This document shows, one piece after another, positions 55,254 to 64,000 of a stretch of 64,000 nucleotides of DNA. The DNA comes from Octopus sinensis (taxonomy: Eukaryota). The DNA is taken from contig NC_043004.1 in assembly GCF_006345805.1 (NCBI RefSeq), forward strand, positions 71,548,001 through 71,612,000, written 5' to 3'. Below the pieces are notes generated by a model. That model was not told the DNA's origin, made no database searches, and saw nothing but the letters and a program-made list of their open reading frames with translations. The number at the start of each line of letters is the position of its first letter. The stretch's first letter is position 1. Position numbers and translations under genes: made by a program.

Positions 55254-57003
55254 GGTGTGTCAATTTTGGGCTGTAACTAGAACATTCATATCTTTAATTT
55301 TGGTAGTAAATTGTTGTAGCCTTTTAGCGTATAAAACAAAATTATGGAAAGAAAAGCAATTTCAAAGAATCCTTAACTACATCAATATAAGTGTGAAACA
55401 TATTTTGAACAATTTGAACATAATTGGTTTTCACCAGCATCTTTGTTTCAAGTTTCAAATATACTATAATACATTCCAATATACCATTTGAAAGTAGTCA
55501 AAGCCTTCACATGCTGTTGTTTCCTTTCATCAATTGCCGGCTGGCTGCTTGTGCTTTGATGTAACCCTCTAGCTTCGCGTGACTGTAAACATGACTCGCA
55601 GCTTCAGCGACCATTTTAACACTCCTCTCAACACTTTGTGCGTGTGGTGGAGATTTTGTACTATCATTGGTGTGCCTTTAAAGGTTTTGAGATTCATACT
55701 AGTTAAGGATGTTTTTAATGGTGGTTCCAACGCGTCCGAATTCAAATTAAACAACTCACACAGCTTGGTGGAATTGACATTTAATTGGACAATTTTTCTT
55801 TGACTAAATGAGCAGTCTCTCAACTGTTCATCTTCAAATCTTAGAATGGCTTCTATAGCCTCAGTACCAAGACTTGAACATTAGCTGCAAAGCATTACTT
55901 GCAACACCTTTTCCAATTGGGCATACCATGTGGTCCTCCTCACCACAGATAACACGATATCCTTCGTCAACTTAATTTGTGTACATACAATCTGCAGTTG
56001 GAACAAAGGGCGATTGATAACATCGACCCATTTGGGATTGAGCTTAATATTAAACCAGTGGAGAAGATAGACACCAACTATAAATTCAATAATTAATCTC
56101 AAATCCATCAGGACCTTTCCCTTCAATTGGTGTCAGGAAATCCAAATCCTGCACAAGCGCGGAGCTGTAGTTAACCAACGGCTGTGACTTCAACTGATAT
56201 TACTGCTTGAGATACTTCACCTGATATTATTGCTTGAGCAATGTGATAAGCATAAGAGTGATCTGTGTTGAGGTCTTTGACAATTTCTTCTGGCAACACT
56301 GGAAAGGGAGGGCCTACTTGAATCTTTGGAAAGTTTGCATTTATTTCTAGTTGTGTTACTTCATCTAACATGTTGCTAAGAGGACCGACCACTTAGTATT
56401 GCTCTTTGTAGAACATCAATTTCCTGGATGATGTGACGTAGAGGTAGTTTACATGTATGTAAATCGCATACAATTTTAAAAAAGTCGTCTTTCAAGTTCT
56501 TTCTCTTAATAGACTCACTTCCAGCCAATATTCACTACTGTTTATTCCCCATCAATAGCCTGCGCTTAATTTTCAAGCCCTCTCTCTTGAAGCCAGCATA
56601 CAATATTCTCAGCAATTACCTCTGTAAGTTTTTCCCTTCCAATTCAACTGCAGGTGTAAAATGGAACAAAAACCAACGACCAGACTCAGAACAGACAGTG
56701 GAGAGCTCTTCTTTGATTAAACCTGGAAATGTCCTAGAAATTCCATGTACTTCAACCATAACCATGGTTTCATCTATTCTTCTATGAATGATATGAGAGC
56801 CCTCATTTTAATTTTTTTTTTTTCTTGCTGATCAGCTATCTCACTCATTACTTTTTCTTGCGCTCTTCTATGTTTATTATGAACTATAACCAAGGATGAA
56901 TCCCCTTGACTGATAAGGCAGTTGCAATTTCAGCAGCCTCACGGACTCCAGTATGTAACAAATACTAGTTAATACAATGTTTGAAATATCTCTTGTATTG
57001 CGC

Positions 57004-57814
57004 AGGAGTGGCTGTGTAGTAAATACCTTGTTTACCAACCACATGGTTCCGGGTTCAGTCCTACTGCGTGGCACCTTGGGCAAGTGTCTTCTACTATAGC
57101 CTTGGGCCGACCAAATCCTTGTGAGTGGATTTGGTATATATATATGTACACTACCGTCAGAAATTAATTAGCACCCTTGATTTGCTCTTCACTCAAGGTA
57201 TGTGCTGTCACCTAGTGGCCATATCTCGAACTATTGCTTTGTTGCGAGTTCACTGTTGCGCAGAACGATGACGTAACTTTGTTTGCAGAGCAGTTTGAGA
57301 GTCTACAGCCTTATGATGTTGACATAGCAGTGCAACAACTTGGAGTGCGGATGCAGACAAATCTTCCTTTGTTTAATAGATATAGGTAGCGCCTCACAGG
57401 GACCGAAATCACACCATACTAAGTTTTCTCATCGCGTAAGACGTTTTGAACAGCTCATAGGTTAATTGATTGAACCTATTTAATGTAGAAATTTGAGAAG
57501 TGCTAATTAATTTCTGACGCAAGTGTATGTATGTGTGTGTTTGTCTGTGTGTGTGTGTGTGTGTCTGTGTCTGTGTGTGTGTGTGTCTGTGTGTGTGTGT
57601 GTGTTTGTGTGTCTGCGTTTGTCCCCTCAACATCGTTTGACAACCGATGCTGGTGTGTTTATGTCCCCGTAACTTAGCGGTTCGGCAATAGAGAACGATA
57701 GAAAAAGTACTAGGCTTACAAAGAATAAGTCCTGGGGTAGAGTTGTTCGACTAAAGGTGGTGCTCCAGCATGGCCGCCGTCAAATGACAGAAACAAGTAA
57801 AAGAGTAAAAGAGT
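57004..57814 (+). mobile_element. Composite SINE inserted in the transposon, itself split by a MITE
   Basis: Head 57004-57135; tail to aagagtaaaagagta at 57814. Confidence 0.9.
57149..57525. mobile_element. Tc1/mariner-type MITE, 377 bp
   Basis: 26-bp TIRs cact(ac/tg)cgtcagaaattaattagcac with 2 mismatches; TA on both sides. Confidence 0.9.
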
Positions 57815-58265
57815 ATTGCATTTTCCTCTCTTGTGTGTGGCTTCAGAAGATTCTTTAGAGTTTTCATCTGACATTACTTCATTTCTTCATTATCAAACAA
57901 CTGATCAATATCATGACAATGCTGTTCTTCTCTTTGCATGATTTCACTCTTCATTCTCTTCTTTTCTTCCCTCACTCTCTCTCTTACTTTCTTTATAATC
58001 AGTTGAGCCCACTTGCATACTGGTTTGGCCTCTGTGAGCTTATGAAATCTAACTGTAGAAAACGCATTTCTTTTCACGGGGGCACCAACAGTCAATGTGG
58101 TAATGATTGCCTCTCTTACCTGTGGGGGAACAATCCTCTTTTGAAGACAAAACTATGGAACACTTGCAGCTCCAAATATCGAACAGTGTACCAAATGAGT
58201 GCAGAAAGGCATTTCTTATTGCCAAGTTTCCTTTTCCAAGTGATGTATATTAAATATACATATAT

Positions 58266-58323
<58 letters not shown>

Positions 58324-58809
58324 ATATATATATTGGTGAGAAAGTTGGTTGTGAAAGAACGTGGTTGAATATATAGAAAATAGTAAAAAGTGAAAAAACT
58401 ACAGAAGTCTAATCTTTCCATTTTACCAATGTGCTATCGGAACACCAACACAAATTAGATTAAACAAGGAAACATTCTTCATTGAAAAATACAAGCCCAA
58501 ACTTTACCATTCCAACATTCTTATACAGAGAAACTCACTCCAAAAACAAGGCAAGAAATATTAAGCGATTATCTCCCTTACACCGAAAGAAATCACTTAT
58601 TACCTCCCCTTATCTGGAACTCTTCTCCACACTTTTCAACGTAAACATAACGATGTAAGAAATTTGAAAAGCTGAACGCGAAACCGGTCATTTCTTCAAA
58701 AACTATGTCATTGTAGGAAAAAATTTATAACATTCTTCAGACATAATGACTCAAATATATATTTTTTAACCTTTTAAAACAAGCCTTCTGTAGTTTTTTC
58801 ACTTTTTAC

Positions 58810-58906
<97 letters not shown>

Positions 58907-58970
58907 TATATTATATTATATTATAATATATATATATAAATGTGTGTGTGTAATATAATATAATATAATA

Positions 58971-59086
<116 letters not shown>

Positions 59087-61095
59087 TACATATTTATATT
59101 GTATATTATATTAATAGATAGTTAGATAGGTAGGTAGATAAATAGATAGACAGATATGTGTGTGAATGTATTTGTCTCCGTATCTATGTAGGTATATATA
59201 TAATATATAAATGACATAGAGAAACATCTGTTGTTAATGTAAACAAAGAAATACCGCAGTGCTTCTGCAGTTTTTTGTTTGCTTATCAAAAAGAATTAAC
59301 ATTAGCTATTTTCTTATTTTTGAAATTCAATGAAATAATCACCATCGGTATAGAGTTTAGGTGCTATTTGGTAATTAATAGGGACGTAGTTTATAATACA
59401 GGAAATGTGGTTAATTAACCTTGTAAAATGTCCATGCTACAACAGAATTTGAAAACAGAGGCAATAACCTAAAAAAATCAATCAGGAATGATTATCTATA
59501 TTTAAGACCTCAGTTTCAGTTAAACAATCAACAATAATTCTTTTTTAATAGTGACAATTATAATTTTCTTTATGCCTCAACTTCTAAAAGAACACTAAGA
59601 CATTTCGTGTTTGAACTTGTCTCTCCTTTTCATTCATGAGTTTTCTTCTATTATTTATATTCGTCTTACTTGTGAGTTGTGAGTTCATCAAGGTTTTGAC
59701 ATTGATCCTTATTGTTGGTTAAATGATATTAATGAGTATTATATATATATATATATATATATATCAGGAAAAGGAAGGAAGATAGAAACTGTCTCTTAAC
59801 GTGTTGAAAAATAAACGTTTTCATAAAACATCTATATATTTCCTTCATTCGAAATTCGGCTGTATTCGGGCAAGACAAATATAAATAATAATTTTAAAAT
59901 CACTATGAGTGTACTGCAGTTAAATCAACATATCAAATAATTAATTACGAAAATTAATTTAATTTTAAAAGTTATTAATCTTACTTGTCTTCAGTCGTTC
60001 AAATAACGAAGTGTAAAATTATATATCAAAACACGTTATTGTGTTTTGTTACATATATATAAGCATGGCCTGAGCGCCATACTAATACAATTGTTTGTTT
60101 GTACTCCACCTGCCTTCGTCTTTTGTTTATTTTCATAAAGCTTCCCGTTATATATATATACATATATATATATATACTTGAAAAATATTGTTATAGATAT
60201 AAAAATACCATAAACAATTATAGAAAATGGAGGAGATAAAGATGTTGAATCAAAATTAGATTTAATACAAAATAGGATTCAATACATGCGCGCGTTTCAA
60301 AGGACAATACGAATATGCAAGAAAAAATTATAATCATAGTAATTATAATTAAATTTATGCATTGTCATTTTCATCACTGTGAAGAAATTTTGTAAGGACA
60401 TGAAAAAATGTTTAATAAAATAAAGTAAATTAAGATAAGATACAAGAAGGGAGATTACAAGTGGGGTAATAGGGAAAAATCGGCTAGTTGCGAACAAGTT
60501 TTAAAAGGGAAATAATAACAGTAAGAGAGACGAAATGAAAAAGACGACAGACGTATCAATGTGTATGTACATCTACACGTGCGTAAAATATAAGAAAAAT
60601 AAAGGGAAAAGCTAACACCTATGTTTAAATATATATATATATATTTTACGTTTATGTTTTCCAGTTTCAGCTCTTGAGCTATGGCCATATATTGTATATA
60701 TATAAACTTAAATAAACTTAGATATGTTTCGACCAAAGATTGGTCCAGGCCATGTCTAACTCAATAGCACCACCTGATAGGATTATTCGAATCCTGTTTA
60801 AGTCAAGTTTTGTTTATGGTCCATACATATTTTCACATCGAACTCGAATGATTTCATTTCTACTTTCATTCTCTTCCCTCTATATTCCTTATCTCTTCCA
60901 CAATAATTCAAATTCAAATATTTTCTCAGACCGCCTATGAAGAAAGGATATACATAATATTCCAGAAACAGCAGTAAGACTATCTCATTTTAAATATCCT
61001 GAAATTTTCTGAAAGCCTTGGATTTGTTATCTCATTCTATCGAATTACACACACACACACACACACACACACCACACACACACACACACACGCAC

Positions 61096-61130
<35 letters not shown>

Positions 61131-61982
61131 CTTCTATATATATATGTATGTATGTATGTATGTATATATGGATGTATGTATGTCTCTTCTGCTTTTTAAT
61201 CATTATAAACCTTCCGCTGAGGAGGCACCCGATTTCCAACAACAATACAATGCTCCCTTTTTTGGGATGTATGTATACATTATATGCATACAATGGCTGC
61301 GACTCGATTTCGAGAAATGTCATCGTTCTTTATGATCCTCTTAAACACTAGCAGCAAATATATGTTTTCTTGTTTTCTCAGCCCTGTTATAAACCAGTTT
61401 TTTGCAAAGATTGGCAACGATAACTGCCTTACGCAGAAGGTACTAAAAGTGCTTATCAGCCACACTTACTCATGCCTTCATATCGCTTTGGCACTTTTTC
61501 GTTCCACGTTTTGTCTTTCTCGATTACGACCAACCATTGTATGCATTACATAATAGGAATGTTAAAAATCCAGCGATTGCTTTGCATGAACCTTTTCAAA
61601 GTAAAACGATGTGAAACAATGTTCTAAAGTATAACATTGTGCTTCAGGGCTATTCCCACATTAAACAACGTATACACTTACCCAAAACGATGAAGTATAC
61701 ATCATTGGATGCAAACTAAGTCCCAGGTACTATATCAAAATTTTCTTCCTCCCAAAGAGATTTCTAAATAATGACTAATTCTGATCCAGCTCTAAGGTTT
61801 GGATGACTGATGACTCTTCTGATTTCAACCTTCCATTGAAATTTTTTATTTTTGCAAAACGATGCATGTAGAACCACCCCCTTACTAAGCAGGCATTGTA
61901 GAGTTACAGATTTAGTTGCCGATGGCGCGACCAAGCAACAAGTTCTATGGACTTACATATAACAAGTGGTACTAACAGTCAA

Positions 61983-62760
61983 CAGGGTGGATGTAAAGTA
62001 ACTAGGCATTAGAAATTGCTTATAGAATTTTTAGTATCACTGAAGTCATGACGAAAACATGTTTTAAACAAACAACTCTAATGGGGATTTTTTGTTTTCT
62101 TATTGCCTTATTATTTCTTATTTTCCAGATGACCGGTCGTCTGACTGTTCAGGAGTGAGCTAAGATAGCAGCACGCTTCGAAGTGTGGAATTCCGTTGTT
62201 TTGGTTCAGAGATGGTGGCGTACATGGAAAGGTAAGCATGCAACATTACGTCCGGAAACAATAAAGAGTTGTCATGCAAAGCTGATGACCACGGGCTCAG
62301 TGAACGATGCAAGAAGTGGCTGTTCAACCATACCTCAATCAGTGCTCGTGAAAGTGAACTAACAAGGACACATAATGCCCACAGTGTTGCATATAGAACT
62401 GAATTTTCGTCTGTGTAAACCTCATTAAGTACTGGAGCTAAAGCTGGAAGACTGTGATCACAAGTCCAGAAGTCCAGAACTTCAAGACGTCCAGATCTCA
62501 CTCCATGTCATTTCTACCTGTGATGTTACACAAAAAATACAAAACCTTGCATACCGTACAATATAAAACCTCGCACAATGGAGGACATGGGGACACAGAT
62601 TCAGGAGATTCTCAATGATATCCCAGAGGACATCATTCAGAAGGTTCTTCATTCCATCCCTGGCTCTCTGGGGAAACGAGTTGACTCCAACGATGGTTAC
62701 GTTGAAATATGAAGGTCTTTCTTTTTCTCAAGTAATAAAGAACAGGTATCCATTTGTTTC
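61983..62760 (+). mobile_element. Internally deleted Tc1/mariner-superfamily transposon
   Basis: Left end cagggtggatg; N-terminus ..SVVLVQRWWR..ETIKSCHAKLMTTGSVNDARSG; RPDLTPC.FYL; C-terminus ..IPEDIIQKV..DGYVEI* (TGA 62710-62712). Confidence 0.85.
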
Positions 62761-62834
62761 GATAAATTTCTAAAAGGAATATGGGTTTTATTACCAATAC
62801 AGACACACACACACACACACGCACACGCACACAC

Positions 62835-62897
<63 letters not shown>

Positions 62898-63099
62898 TAT
62901 ATATTTTCTCGATTTTCGCTTTGTTTCTTTCTGTGTTGCCTTCTGTAGAAGAGCGTAGGCTCGAAACGTTAAAGATTTTTCACTTCCCCAGAGTTAAACT
63001 AATTCATCTGTTTGTTACTACACCACCAGTCTTCGTCTTTTGTTGTCTTTTGTTTTTGTGAATTCTCACCCCATATACATATATATAATAATAATAATA

Positions 63100-63810
63100 T
63101 TAGGGAGTAAATCCAAACTTACAGAGAAAAATTAGATTTAGGATTAAATCTAATTTTATAGTATAAATATATATTATATTAAATTAGAGATAAAACCACT
63201 ATTAGGCAAATCAAACAGAGAAAATCATAAGCCAATACATAGAAATAAAATTAATTAAAAAATATATAAAAAATATAAAATATAAAATTTAAAAATCCAA
63301 TTAAAATATTTAAATTAAAGTAAAAATTTTAAAAAATTATTTAAATTAATAATCTAAACTTATAAATTATAAATATATATATTCTTTTATTATTATTTTA
63401 TTTAATTCTTTAATTTTTTTTTAATATTTTTATATTTTTTATATTTTTATATTTTTATATTTTTTTTTATAAACTATCAAAAGGTTTTAAAAGTTTAATA
63501 TAAGATAAAGAGTAAACTATAATAAAAATATAAAAATATAAAGAATATAGAAATATGAAAAAAAAATTAAAAATAAATACTTAAATAAAATAATAATAAA
63601 AAATATATATATATTTATAATTTATAAGTTTAAATTATCAATATAAATAATTTTTTAAGATTTTAACTTTAATTTAAATATTTTAATTGGATTTTTATAT
63701 TTTTATTTATATTTTTTATATATTCTTTAATTAATTTTATTTCTATGTATTGGCTTATGATTATCACTGTTTGATTTGCCTAATAGTGGTTTTATCTCTA
63801 ATTTACTATA

Positions 63811-63815
<5 letters not shown>
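63100..63815. repeat. AT-rich fold-back, ~300-bp imperfect arms
   Basis: aaattagagataaaaccactattaggcaaatcaaacag (63181) versus ctgtttgatttgcctaatagtggttttatctctaattt (to 63804). Confidence 0.9.
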
Positions 63816-63861
<46 letters not shown>

Positions 63862-64000
63862 GCGTATGTACGTATATATTTATTCTGTATATTCAAGTGT
63901 TCATGCACCTGTCTTCATCTTTTGCTGTTTTGAAAATAAACAGAGAGAGAATAAAAAAGTTTGTAGATTTCAGCGGTCCATATATTGTTGCGTCTGAGGA

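Larger units (their letters stand above)
55251..58250 (-). mobile_element. Decayed DDE DNA transposon (family uncertain, tentatively Sola2-like), interrupted by a SINE and a MITE
   Basis: IDG.TVVNIGWK, VCDLH..LPLRH, DLNTDHSYAY.IAQAI.SG, EFIVGVY..WFNIK, EPPL, HAQSVERSVKMVAEAA; terminus ta|cagggtgtgtc at 55251. Confidence 0.75.

Overview
AT-rich, microsatellite-dense metazoan genomic DNA. The SINE families, (TA)n/(AAT)n density and retroelement mix point to an octopod cephalopod, but that is inference. Most of the window is decayed mobile DNA: CR1-type LINEs, R4/Dong-type RLE LINEs in (TAA)n, Penelope-like elements, tRNA-derived SINEs, Tc1/mariner and an unassigned DDE transposon. Two signals stand out. 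(1) A minus-strand tandem family of secreted proteins with an 8-cysteine PAN/Apple-like domain. Two genes can be reconstructed from a 13-nt coding first exon (MN[L/F]K) plus a signal-peptide+PAN exon with identical intron phases, and paralogous non-coding blocks hint at further or lost units. (2) Two young head-to-tail copies of a ~1.78-kb retroelement encoding only an L1/Tx1-type ORF1 (zinc knuckle) and no RT. Its 3' tail is shared with a tRNA-derived SINE in the same window, and it abuts a much older relative. Several long fold-back palindromes are also present. No rRNA, bona fide tRNA or CRISPR array was found.
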